Below, one piece after another: positions 1-8,764 of a stretch of 28,390 nucleotides of DNA. The number at the start of each line of letters is the position of its first letter. Within the stretch, counting starts at the first letter, position 1. Source of the DNA: Armatimonadota bacterium (lineage in GTDB: Bacteria > Sysuimicrobiota > Sysuimicrobiia > Sysuimicrobiales > Humicultoraceae); contig JBQTJP010000030.1 in the NCBI GenBank assembly GCA_052386995.1, forward strand, positions 1 to 28,390, written 5' to 3'. The position numbers were made by a program, and so were the translations under genes. The notes under the pieces are model-generated. The model saw only the letters and a list, made by a program, of their open reading frames with translations, was not told the origin of the DNA and searched no databases.

Positions 1-2
1 GG

Positions 3-3000
3 GTGCTCGCGCAGGGGCGCACCGACGTGAGCGGGACCGCGCGCTTTGCGCTGCCGCGTGATGCGACGGAATTCTTCCTGGTCGCCGTGGCGCAGCGCGG
101 CCCCGACGAAGCGGTGGTCGGGCGCACGGACTATCGGTTCGAATCGAGTGGCGAGTTCACGCTGCACGCGTATACGGACCGCCCGATCTACCGCCCGGGT
201 CACCGCATCCACTACAAGGCCATCGCCCGCCGCAACGCGTCCGGCGGATTCGGCTACTCTGTCCCCGCGGGCCAGACCGTCAGCATCGAGATCAGGGACC
301 CCAGCGGCGAGCCCATCCTGCGCGAGCAGCGCCGCACGAACGCCTACGGGTCCTTCGCCGGACACGTCGATCTGAGTGCCGAGGCGGCGACGGGGACCTA
401 TGCCCTGGTGCTTGCGGCCGGGGGGTCGACCGTCACCCACGACATCGTGGTTGCGGCCTACCGCAAGCCCGAGTACAGCGTGACGGTGACCCCGGAGAAG
501 CCCCGCTACGCGCGCGGCGAGACCGTGTCGATGACCGTGTCTGCCCAGTACTATTTCGGAGCGCCGGTCGCCGGCGCCAAGGTCACCTATTCGGTCTACC
601 GCGCCCAGGACTGGGTATCGACCTACATCGCCCGCTACGATCTCGACCCGGATGAGCTCGACTGGTACCGCCGATCCTCCGGCGACGGGCGCATCGTCAT
701 CGAGGGCGAAACGCAGCTCGACGAGCGCGGCAGGGCCGTCATCACGTTCCGGGCAGATGCACCCGACGAACCCTACGGCCCTCAGGATCAGAGCTTCACC
801 GCGCAGGTCGCCGTCCGCGATCCGTCGGGGCGCGAGACCTCAGGTGAAGGAGTCGCCGCGGTCGTGGCCGGCGAGTTCCGGCTCTGGGTGGAGACCAAGG
901 GCTTCCTCGTGACGCCCGGCGCACCCACGCAGGTGATCGTGACGGCTGAAGACTACGACAAGAAGCCGGTACCCGGCGTGCGCATCGAGCTGGAGGCCGC
1001 GTATGAGCGCTGGAATCCCGCAAAGCGGGAAGCGTTCCTCGAGACCGCGGTCAAGCAGACGGCCACCACTGGGTCCGACGGCAAAGCTACCATCGATGTG
1101 ACGATCCCGGGTCGCGGCTTCGGGCGGCTCATCGCCCGGGCCCGGGACTCGAAAGGGCGCACGGTTGCGGGCGAGACCTTCCTCTGCGCGATCGATGACA
1201 GCGGGGCGGAGCTCCAGATCAGATACGCCGAGCTTTCGCTGCTGACAGACAAGCGGCGCTACATGCCCGGGGACGTCGCGCGGGTGCTCATCAATACCGA
1301 CCGCGTCGGTCAGACCGCCCTGCTTACCATTGAAGGATCGCAGATCCATAAAGTCATGCCGGTCCCCATCACGCGCCGCAGTACCGTGGTCAACATTCCA
1401 ATCCTCAACGAGTACGGCACGCAGGTCTTTCTGTCGGCGCTGTACGTCAAGGAGAAACGGCTGGCCACGAGCGAGGTCGCGCTGCGCGTAGCCAACCCCG
1501 AATCGGAGCTCCAGGTGTCCATCCAGTCGGACCGGCCGCGGTACGGCCCCGGCGACAAGGCGACCTACAGCGTCGAGATTCGCGACGCGCGGGGCCGTCC
1601 CCAGCAGGCCGAGTTCTCGTTCGGTGTCGTGGATGAGTCGATCTACGCCCTGCTGGAGGACGACCCGAAGGCGCTGCGCAACGCCTTCTATCCGCGGCGG
1701 TGGAACCAGGTGCGGACCAGTTATTCGTTTGCCCTGACCTACCTGGGGGACGCCGAGAAAGCCGAGCCCAACATCGCCCTGCGCCGGCGGTTCCTCGATA
1801 CCGCCCACTGGGAGCCGGCGCTGCAGACCGATGCGCAGGGCAAGGCCACGGTCACGGTGGTGCTGCCCGACAATCTGACGACGTGGCGCGCCACCGCGGT
1901 CGCGCACACAACAGACACGAAACTGGGCCGGACAATCCAGAAGGTCATCGCATCCAAGGACTTTCTGGTCCGCGTCGAGACCCCGCGCCTGCTGACGCAG
2001 AACGACCGCTCCCGCATCCTCGTGCTCGTCCACAACGAGACCGACGTCCCACAGCAGACCACCGTACGGCTGCTCGCGACGGGTCTGACCGTGGAAGGCG
2101 ACCATACGCAGACGCTCTCCCTGCAGCCGCACAAAGTGGGACAGGCCGCGTGGCCGGTGGTGGCGCGGGAGATGGGAACGGCCAAGATCCGGGCCACGGC
2201 CTGGACCTCCGGCAGGGAAGGACGGCAGTATACGGACGGCATCGAGCTTTCGATCCCGGTCCGGCCGCACGGCCGGCAGGAGATCACTTCGGCCGCCGGC
2301 GAGGTCACCGCCGATCAGCCCAAGACCGAGACGTTGACACTCAACCGGGCGGCCATCCCCGGCGCCACGCGTCTGACCCTCCGCATTACCCCGTCGGTCA
2401 CGAGTTCGGTCGTCGAGGGCCTCGAATATCTCATCGGGTATCCGTACGGCTGCGTGGAACAGACGATGAGCCGCTTCCTCCCGACGGTGATGGTGCAGCG
2501 GGCGCTGCGGGTGAGCGGAATTCAGAATCGGTATGTCGAGGAGGCCGCGCCCACAATGGTTCGGGATGGCCTGGCGCGCCTGTACCGGTTCCAGCACGAG
2601 AGCGGGGGGTGGGGATGGTGGGAGTTCGATGACGACCATCCCTGGATGACCGCCTACGTGCTCTACGGCCTGGCCACGGCGCGATCCATGGGATATCCGG
2701 TGAGCGACGCCGTGCTGCAGAGAGGACGAGAGGCGGCGCTCGCACTGGCCAAGCCGGCGGCGGGCACCTGGGGCTGGACGATGGACACACAGATGTTCCT
2801 TCTCTACGCCATCGCGCTCGCCGGAGATCTGGAGCCCGCACGCGCCATGCTGCCCGGGGTCAATCCTAAAGATTTGGGTCCGCAGGGTCTGGCGTACATG
2901 GTGCTCACAGAAAAGCTCCTGGGCCGGAATCCCCGCGCCGCGTTCGCGGAACTGGGGCGGCGCGCCGTCTCAGAAAACGGCGTGATCCACTGGGACTCGG

Positions 3001-3887
3001 ACGAAGGGTCCCGGTGGTGGTCGTGGGACTGGAACGACCGGATGTCCACCTCGACGGCACTCCGGGCCATCCTGGCGGTAAACCGAAAGGACGCGCGTGT
3101 GGGGAGCATCCTGCGCTACATGATGCTCAGCCGCACCGGCGGATACTGGTGGAGCACGCGGGACACGTCGTGGGCGCTGGCCGCCCTCGCCGACTACATC
3201 TCGGGTGAGCGGGGAGCCGCGGCGGTCACGGGTGAGATCCGCGTCGGTCTGAACGGTCAGGTGCTGCAGACGTACGGGCTGACACCCGCGTCCGCGACGG
3301 CACCGGACATCGTCCTCGACGTGCCGAGCACCGCGCTGCGCCCCGGCAAGAATGACGTAACGCTGGAGCGCGTCGGAGGCAGCAGCCGGGTCTTCTATTC
3401 AATTCAACTGAGACAAACCGTGGCGATGGAAGAGATTCCGGCCCTGGCCTCCTCCAACATCAAGATTGAGCGCGAGTACCTGCGCGTCCTGCCGCGGAGG
3501 GTTGGACAGGATTCGTGGACCACCGAGACCGTGCCGGCAGGAAACCGGCTCTCCCAGGGCGACCGGGTGATGGTGCGACTCACCGTCACCACGCCCCGTG
3601 ACCTGGCCTACATCCTGATCGAAGACCCATTCCCATCCGGGTTCGAAGTGACCGAGCGGGGCAGCGCAGAAATGGATGAGTGGTCGTACTGGTGGGCGAG
3701 CACCGACGTTCGTGACGATCGCATTGCCTTCTTCATCCGATCTCTGCCCGCGGGCACCCATGTCATTGAATACAACCTGCGCGCGCAGACGCCGGGAACA
3801 TTCCACGCGCTGCCGGCCATCCTCCAGGGAATGTATGCTCCCCAGACCCGCGGTGAGTCCGCGGGGGCCCGGGTGGTGATCAAGTGA
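3..3887 (+). CDS. Bacterial alpha-2-macroglobulin (5'-truncated by window edge)
   Basis: MG2 motif YTDRPIYRPG, YRKPEY, RRRFLDTAHW...LPDNLTTWRATA, thioester motif PYGCVEQ (CVEQ at 2451-2462), C-terminal IEDPFPSGFE...DVRDDR...YNLRAQTPGTF. The frame is open from the window start. Confidence 0.95.
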   Translation: MLAQGRTDVSGTARFALPRDATEFFLVAVAQRGPDEAVVGRTDYRFESSGEFTLHAYTDRPIYRPGHRIHYKAIARRNASGGFGYSVPAGQTVSIEIRDPSGEPILREQRRTNAYGSFAGHVDLSAEAATGTYALVLAAGGSTVTHDIVVAAYRKPEYSVTVTPEKPRYARGETVSMTVSAQYYFGAPVAGAKVTYSVYRAQDWVSTYIARYDLDPDELDWYRRSSGDGRIVIEGETQLDERGRAVITFRADAPDEPYGPQDQSFTAQVAVRDPSGRETSGEGVAAVVAGEFRLWVETKGFLVTPGAPTQVIVTAEDYDKKPVPGVRIELEAAYERWNPAKREAFLETAVKQTATTGSDGKATIDVTIPGRGFGRLIARARDSKGRTVAGETFLCAIDDSGAELQIRYAELSLLTDKRRYMPGDVARVLINTDRVGQTALLTIEGSQIHKVMPVPITRRSTVVNIPILNEYGTQVFLSALYVKEKRLATSEVALRVANPESELQVSIQSDRPRYGPGDKATYSVEIRDARGRPQQAEFSFGVVDESIYALLEDDPKALRNAFYPRRWNQVRTSYSFALTYLGDAEKAEPNIALRRRFLDTAHWEPALQTDAQGKATVTVVLPDNLTTWRATAVAHTTDTKLGRTIQKVIASKDFLVRVETPRLLTQNDRSRILVLVHNETDVPQQTTVRLLATGLTVEGDHTQTLSLQPHKVGQAAWPVVAREMGTAKIRATAWTSGREGRQYTDGIELSIPVRPHGRQEITSAAGEVTADQPKTETLTLNRAAIPGATRLTLRITPSVTSSVVEGLEYLIGYPYGCVEQTMSRFLPTVMVQRALRVSGIQNRYVEEAAPTMVRDGLARLYRFQHESGGWGWWEFDDDHPWMTAYVLYGLATARSMGYPVSDAVLQRGREAALALAKPAAGTWGWTMDTQMFLLYAIALAGDLEPARAMLPGVNPKDLGPQGLAYMVLTEKLLGRNPRAAFAELGRRAVSENGVIHWDSDEGSRWWSWDWNDRMSTSTALRAILAVNRKDARVGSILRYMMLSRTGGYWWSTRDTSWALAALADYISGERGAAAVTGEIRVGLNGQVLQTYGLTPASATAPDIVLDVPSTALRPGKNDVTLERVGGSSRVFYSIQLRQTVAMEEIPALASSNIKIEREYLRVLPRRVGQDSWTTETVPAGNRLSQGDRVMVRLTVTTPRDLAYILIEDPFPSGFEVTERGSAEMDEWSYWWASTDVRDDRIAFFIRSLPAGTHVIEYNLRAQTPGTFHALPAILQGMYAPQTRGESAGARVVIK

Positions 3888-4696
3888 TGCGGGGCGCCCG
3901 GGATCTGTACGTGGTCGTCGCGCTGTCCACGCTGTCGCTCGTCCTGCTCGTCGGAGGCACGCTCATCACTAGAGCGGACAGCCTCGCAACAGAGGTCGAA
4001 CTGGCAGGGTACTCCACGAGTCTGGCCGCGCGATCGCCGAGCCAGAAGCACAACGCGCGCCTGTCTGCCAAAGCCCTCAACGCCATGGTGGTCGCGCCCG
4101 GGGAGACGTTCTCGTTCAACCGGACGGTGCGGTCCTGGACCGTGGACCGCGGATACGTGAAGGCGCCTGTCAGCTACGACGGCGAGCTGGTCCGTGCGTT
4201 CGGCGGGGGCGTCTGCCAGACCTCGACAACCCTCTACAACGCTGTCCTTCTGGCAGGACTGCCGATCGTGGAGCGCCATGCCCACGTCTTCGCGCCTTCC
4301 TACGTGGCGCCCGGTCGCGACGCGGCCGTCGCACAGTACGATATCGACCTGCGCTTCCGCAACTCGTATCCGTGGCCGATCCACATCCAGGCCGGCATCG
4401 TCGGCGATCGGCTGCATGTCCGCGTGCTGGGCAGGGAAAAGCCCTCGGTGGCCGTCGACGTGACGACCGACGTCCTGTCCACCTCCGCGCCGGGACGGGT
4501 CACGTACCTGATCGACGGCCCAGCCGAAATGGGCGGCCGGCGCTACCTTCGCAGTCCCGGCGCCACGGGCTATCGGGCACGAGCCTACAGGGTGTTCTCA
4601 GCGGATGGCCGTGTGCTCCGTCGCGAGCTGCTCTCAGATGACAGCTACCAGGCGATGAACCGTATCGTCGCCCTCGCCCAGGCCCGCATGCCCTGA
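3884..4696 (+). CDS. VanW family protein with N-terminal membrane anchor and G5-like C-terminus
   Basis: VanW motifs PGETFSFN, GGGVCQTSTTLYNA, ERHAH, YVAPGRDAAV, DLRFRN. The GTG start overlaps the A2M TGA stop (GTGA). Confidence 0.9.
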   Translation: MMRGARDLYVVVALSTLSLVLLVGGTLITRADSLATEVELAGYSTSLAARSPSQKHNARLSAKALNAMVVAPGETFSFNRTVRSWTVDRGYVKAPVSYDGELVRAFGGGVCQTSTTLYNAVLLAGLPIVERHAHVFAPSYVAPGRDAAVAQYDIDLRFRNSYPWPIHIQAGIVGDRLHVRVLGREKPSVAVDVTTDVLSTSAPGRVTYLIDGPAEMGGRRYLRSPGATGYRARAYRVFSADGRVLRRELLSDDSYQAMNRIVALAQARMP

Positions 4697-4835
4697 CACG
4701 CGCCAAACCGAACTCCTGTTCGATGGTTTCTGACCCAATTTCAACCTGCTCGCCACCCCTCTTGTATGGTCTCCAGGGGGGCTGGGTGGCACACTGGCGT
4801 CAGAGCAAACCAATTCTCTCGGAGGTGAAAGTCCA

Positions 4836-5747
4836 ATGAAGCGAGTCCTGCTCGCACTGATTCCGGTGGCGCTGCTGGCGACCGCATCGCTTGCTATCAC
4901 CGGGATGTACGACGAACCCTGGTTGGTCGCGCAGTCCACGAACTACCAGGCACCACCGCCGGCCACTGACTCAGCCCGACCGGCTCCAGTCGTTCCCCCG
5001 CCGGCCGTGACCGATCAGCAGCGACCCACCGCGCCGGCTCAGGCACCCGATCCTGCGAAGCAGACAGTGCAGGAGGAGCCGATCGTTCAGGCGGCACAAG
5101 AGCCTGAGGAGCCGCTCCCGACGCTCGTTGTCGACAAGACCCCGCTGACGCAGGCCATGACTGACCTCGATGAGGCGCTCAGCCAGGCCAAGCTGGCGGT
5201 TACCGCGCTCGATGTCGACTCTCAGAGCCGCCACATTCAGCAGACCGTGAACTTCCTGGCGGGCGCCGCCGATCCGAACTTCCGGCTGATGGCCGGCTCC
5301 CCGGACACCTACAAGGGCGTGCGCGAACTGCTCGTCCAGGCGCGCGTGACCCGCGAGGCGGCCGAGGTCCAGTGGATCGCTGCGGTCCAGGCGCAGGTTG
5401 AGGCCAAGGCGAAGCGCCTGGCCGAGCTGGCGCAGGCAGGGGATGGCAGCAGCGTCCAGCCACCGGCGGCCCCGTCCGACGTGACGGCGTGGCTCGGACC
5501 GAACGGCGTCCTCGGAACCCGCAACATGCGGCCCGAGGACCAGGCCACCGAGCTCGTCGCCCGCGCGATCAAGCACGCGACCGAGGCTCTGCAGGCAGCG
5601 TCCAACCGGCCGCAGCAGTCCATCGGCGACGGCGACTTCGGCTCGACCAACTACCAGGCCTCCGGCGAGAGCATGCAGATCATGGAGTCGATCGTCAGGC
5701 AGCTCGAAGCCGCGAAGAAGATCGTCCAGATCGCTATCGATCGCTAG
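4836..5747 (+). CDS. Secreted hypothetical protein (signal peptide, Pro/Ala/Gln linker, helical domain)
   Basis: GGAGGTG Shine-Dalgarno upstream, Sec-type signal MKRVLLALIPVALLATASLA, typical high-GC codon usage, terminator downstream. Confidence 0.8.
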   Translation: MKRVLLALIPVALLATASLAITGMYDEPWLVAQSTNYQAPPPATDSARPAPVVPPPAVTDQQRPTAPAQAPDPAKQTVQEEPIVQAAQEPEEPLPTLVVDKTPLTQAMTDLDEALSQAKLAVTALDVDSQSRHIQQTVNFLAGAADPNFRLMAGSPDTYKGVRELLVQARVTREAAEVQWIAAVQAQVEAKAKRLAELAQAGDGSSVQPPAAPSDVTAWLGPNGVLGTRNMRPEDQATELVARAIKHATEALQAASNRPQQSIGDGDFGSTNYQASGESMQIMESIVRQLEAAKKIVQIAIDR

Positions 5748-5771
5748 GTACACTCGGCACCGCGGCCCTAC

Positions 5772-5809
5772 GGGAGGCGCGCTTCCGGCAGCGCGCCTCC
5801 TAAGTTTTT
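5772..5809 (+). terminator. Rho-independent terminator
   Basis: 11-bp perfect stem GGAGGCGCGCT / AGCGCGCCTCC with a 6-nt loop, followed by TAAGTTTTT. Confidence 0.7.
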
Positions 5810-5835
5810 GCCCGACCGTGCCGCCGTACTATACT
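5808..5835 (+). promoter_or_regulatory. Putative sigma70-type promoter of the two-component operon
   Basis: TTGCCC (5808-5813)-N16-TATACT (5830-5835), placed 5-8 nt before GTG5841/ATG5844. Confidence 0.5.
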
Positions 5836-5840
5836 GGTGG

Positions 5841-7292
5841 GTGATGCGGTTGGGCCTGAAGGGCAAGTTCATCCTGGCATTCGTCGGCCTCGCTGTCGCC
5901 TTCGTGACCACCTTCGGCGTCCTGGCCACCGACCGCCTCCGCCGGGTCATGACCGAACAGGTCCGGATTCGTGCGAAGATCGTCGCCGAAGAATTCGCAC
6001 GTGAGGCGTCGCGGTTCATCGTCACCCCGGAGGGGCAGACCGACGGCGTTGCCTCGAGCCGACCGACCCGCCGGCTGGTGGCCGGCACGGTTCTGTACGC
6101 CCAGATCGTCAGGGACGGCAAAGTCCAGTTCTCCGATGGCCGGGCCGACCTGGCGGTGCCAATGGAGCCTTTGACGACACCCTTGCTGGTCATCGAGAGA
6201 CGCGGCGCGGCTGGGACACCGTATCTCGATATCGTTCGCGCCATTCCCGAGCACCCGCTCGAGCGTCAAACGTACGTCCGGGTCGGCTTCCCACTCGCCG
6301 GCGTGTACGCGCAGATTCGCAGCGAACGGAATATGATCCTCATGGCCAGCCTGCTGCTGCTTGGCACCGGCATCCTCTCGTCACTTCTGCTGCAGCGGGC
6401 GATTCTCGGACCGCTGCATCGGATGAGGCCGGCTATCCGCCACCTCCAAAGCGGCGACTACTCCGCGCGGGTGCAGGTGGATTCCAGCGACGAGCTCCAG
6501 GAGATGGCCGACGAGTTCAATGCGATGGCCTCGGCGGTGCAGTCGCGCGACCAGGAGGTGGCCCGCGTCAACGCGGCGCTGCAGAAAGCCAACAAGATCA
6601 AAGATGAGTTCTCCGCGGCCATGAGCCATGAGCTCAAGACGCCGCTGCACGCGGTGAGAGCCTACGCGCAGCTCCTGCTCGAGGAGATCGACGGCCCCCT
6701 GACCGACGCGCAGCGGAAGGATCTGGAATCGGTCATGGCCGCGGGCGACCACCTGCTGGAGCTGATCGAAGGCATCTTGCGGTACTCGGCGCTGGAAGCG
6801 GGCGGCACGTCGCCGGCGATACAGGACGTGCGCGCGAGGGAGGTCGTCGAGCAGGCCCGGCAAAACGTCGCGCACCTGGCGCGGTCCAAAGGTCTGCCGA
6901 TCACGACGCGCGGCGATGGGGCGGCGACCGTCCGCGCAGACGAGACGATGCTGCGCCAGATCTTGATCAACCTCCTGCACAACGCGATCAAGTACACATC
7001 ATCCGGCCAGATTACGGTGACCACGTCGGCCCAAAATGGGCAAGTACTGTTTGCGGTGGCCGATACCGGTCCGGGCATCGCGCCGGAGGATCAGCCCGAG
7101 ATCTTCCAGCCGTTCCGGCGCGCCGGCGACCCCACGCGCCGTGACGTCGACGGCATCGGGTTGGGTCTGGCCGTCGTCAAGCGCTACGTCGAACTCCAGG
7201 GCGGCCGCATCTGGTTCGAAAGCGCCGCCCGGCGCGGCACGACGTTCTACTTCACGCTCCCGGGAGGCGGGCCGGACGGAGGCATGGCATGA
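5841..7292 (+). CDS. HAMP-domain sensor histidine kinase
   Basis: Two TM segments, HAMP domain, H-box MSHELKTPL, N-box NLLHNAIKYT, DTGPGI, GIGLGLAVV. Start is GTG5841 or ATG5844 rather than TTG5808. Confidence 0.93.
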   Translation: MMRLGLKGKFILAFVGLAVAFVTTFGVLATDRLRRVMTEQVRIRAKIVAEEFAREASRFIVTPEGQTDGVASSRPTRRLVAGTVLYAQIVRDGKVQFSDGRADLAVPMEPLTTPLLVIERRGAAGTPYLDIVRAIPEHPLERQTYVRVGFPLAGVYAQIRSERNMILMASLLLLGTGILSSLLLQRAILGPLHRMRPAIRHLQSGDYSARVQVDSSDELQEMADEFNAMASAVQSRDQEVARVNAALQKANKIKDEFSAAMSHELKTPLHAVRAYAQLLLEEIDGPLTDAQRKDLESVMAAGDHLLELIEGILRYSALEAGGTSPAIQDVRAREVVEQARQNVAHLARSKGLPITTRGDGAATVRADETMLRQILINLLHNAIKYTSSGQITVTTSAQNGQVLFAVADTGPGIAPEDQPEIFQPFRRAGDPTRRDVDGIGLGLAVVKRYVELQGGRIWFESAARRGTTFYFTLPGGGPDGGMA

Positions 7293-7990
7293 AGATTCTG
7301 ATCGTCGAAGACGATGCGCGCTCGCGCGACCTCCTGGTGAAGTACCTGACCGCCAAGGGTCATGCCGTGACGTCCGCGGAGGACGGCAGCGTGGCGCTCA
7401 CAGCCATCGTCGCGATGGAGCCCGACCTCATCCTGCTGGACGTCAACATGCCGCATGTCGACGGCTGGGGCGTCCTCGACGCGGTGCGGAAGTTTAGCCA
7501 GGTGCCGGTCATCATGGTGACGGTCCGCAATTCGGCCATGGACAAGGTCGCAGGCCTTGACCTAGGGGCGGATGACTACATCACCAAGCCGTTCGACCTG
7601 CGCGAGCTCGACGCGCGCATCCAGGCCGTCGTGCGCCGCTACAAGTCCGCCTCGCCGGTAGTCATCCGCACGCCGGAACTCGAGCTGAGCGTGGAGCGCA
7701 AGGAGGTCGTGGTACGCGGGCGCCCCGTCCCCCTGTCGCCGAAAGAGTTTGAGCTCCTCCGCCTGCTGGCATCAAAGCCCGGCAAAGTATTCTCCACCGA
7801 GGACATCGTCCAGGCCGTATGGCGCCACGGTGATGCCGCGGCCGCGGAAGACGTGAAAAAGTACATCCACATGCTGCGCAACAAGATCGAGCGCGATCCG
7901 GCCGACCCGAGAATCATCGTGACGGCCAGGGGGTTCGGCTATCGGTTCGCCGCGCCGGCCCCAGAGACGTCAGACCCCTCCAGTGCGTAG
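7289..7990 (+). CDS. OmpR/PhoB-family response regulator
   Basis: Receiver motifs ILIVEDD, LLDVNMP, GADDYITKPF and winged-helix motifs LSPKEFELL, LRNKIE, TARGFGY. ATGA overlap with the kinase stop. Confidence 0.95.
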   Translation: MKILIVEDDARSRDLLVKYLTAKGHAVTSAEDGSVALTAIVAMEPDLILLDVNMPHVDGWGVLDAVRKFSQVPVIMVTVRNSAMDKVAGLDLGADDYITKPFDLRELDARIQAVVRRYKSASPVVIRTPELELSVERKEVVVRGRPVPLSPKEFELLRLLASKPGKVFSTEDIVQAVWRHGDAAAAEDVKKYIHMLRNKIERDPADPRIIVTARGFGYRFAAPAPETSDPSSA

Positions 7991-8041
7991 CGTCGGGTGC
8001 CTTCTTGCGCGAAACTGGGTATACTGGTGAAGACGAACCGC

Positions 8042-8135
8042 GGAGGGGTGCGAGAGCGGTTTAATCGGCACGCCTGGAGAGCGTGTAGGTGGGCTAAAAC
8101 CTGCCTCGTGGGTTCAAATCCCACCCCCTCCGCCA
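8042..8135 (+). tRNA. tRNA-Ser (anticodon GGA)
   Basis: Acceptor stem GGAGGGG/CCCCTCC, discriminator G and encoded CCA, anticodon arm CACGC-CTGGAGA-GCGTG, long variable arm, T-loop GGTTCAAATCC. Confidence 0.96.
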
Positions 8136-8179
8136 TCAAGAGCAATCGACAAACGGTGTCTAGAGGAACGGGTTGATCC

Positions 8180-8740
8180 ATGAGACTCCGTGAGTGGCTC
8201 GGACGGCTACCGGTGGATTGGCGGCGTGCGAGCCGCGCCGCCTTTGACTTCGCCAAAACCCTCGTCATTGCGTTCCTGCTGGCTCAGCTCGTCATGGTCT
8301 CGGTGGCCCAGGCGTTCCAGGTCGAGCAGTACTCGATGGAGCCCACGCTGCTTCCCCACGACCGGGTGCTCGTCAACAAGTTCATCTACCGGTTCCGCGC
8401 GCCGCATCGCGGCGACGTCATCGTGTTGCGGTACCCGCGCGACCCCGGACGCAACTACATCAAGCGCATCGTGGCGGTGCCGGGCGATCTCGTGGAAATC
8501 AAGAACGGGCACCTGTTGATCAATGGCCGGCAGGTCGAGGAATTCTATCTCAACGGCGCGCCCAGCGGTGACTACGGCCCCGAGACGGTGCCGGCAGACT
8601 CATTCTTCGTCCTGGGCGACAACCGCAACAACAGTGAGGACAGCCGCGCCTTTGGGTTCTTGAAGCGTGAGCAGGTCGTCGGCCGGGCCGTGCTCATCTA
8701 CTGGCCGCCCAACCGGGTCAGGGCGCTGCGCGCGAAGTAA
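8180..8740 (+). CDS. lepB: Signal peptidase I
   Basis: Single TM segment, catalytic Ser in SMEPTL, RGDVIV, catalytic Lys in YIKRIVAVPGD, GDNRNNSEDSR. Confidence 0.95.
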   Translation: MRLREWLGRLPVDWRRASRAAFDFAKTLVIAFLLAQLVMVSVAQAFQVEQYSMEPTLLPHDRVLVNKFIYRFRAPHRGDVIVLRYPRDPGRNYIKRIVAVPGDLVEIKNGHLLINGRQVEEFYLNGAPSGDYGPETVPADSFFVLGDNRNNSEDSRAFGFLKREQVVGRAVLIYWPPNRVRALRAK

Positions 8741-8764
8741 CGGGACGGTCTTTCTGCTCGATCG

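Noticed and set aside
840..2639. 599-aa minus-strand ORF
   Set aside because: Antisense shadow of the A2M gene, typical of high-GC codon bias, with no recognisable motifs.
7997..8025. Possible tRNA promoter with TATACT at 8020-8025
   Set aside because: The -10 is good but the -35 at proper spacing (GTGCCT) is weak, so it is not listed as a feature.
8042..8180. tRNA-Ser as an integration site for an island
   Set aside because: No integrase and no duplicated tRNA 3' end were seen in the window, and the flanking genes are housekeeping.
7939..8268. ORF containing MAEGVGFEPT
   Set aside because: Classic translation of a tRNA antisense strand, not a protein.
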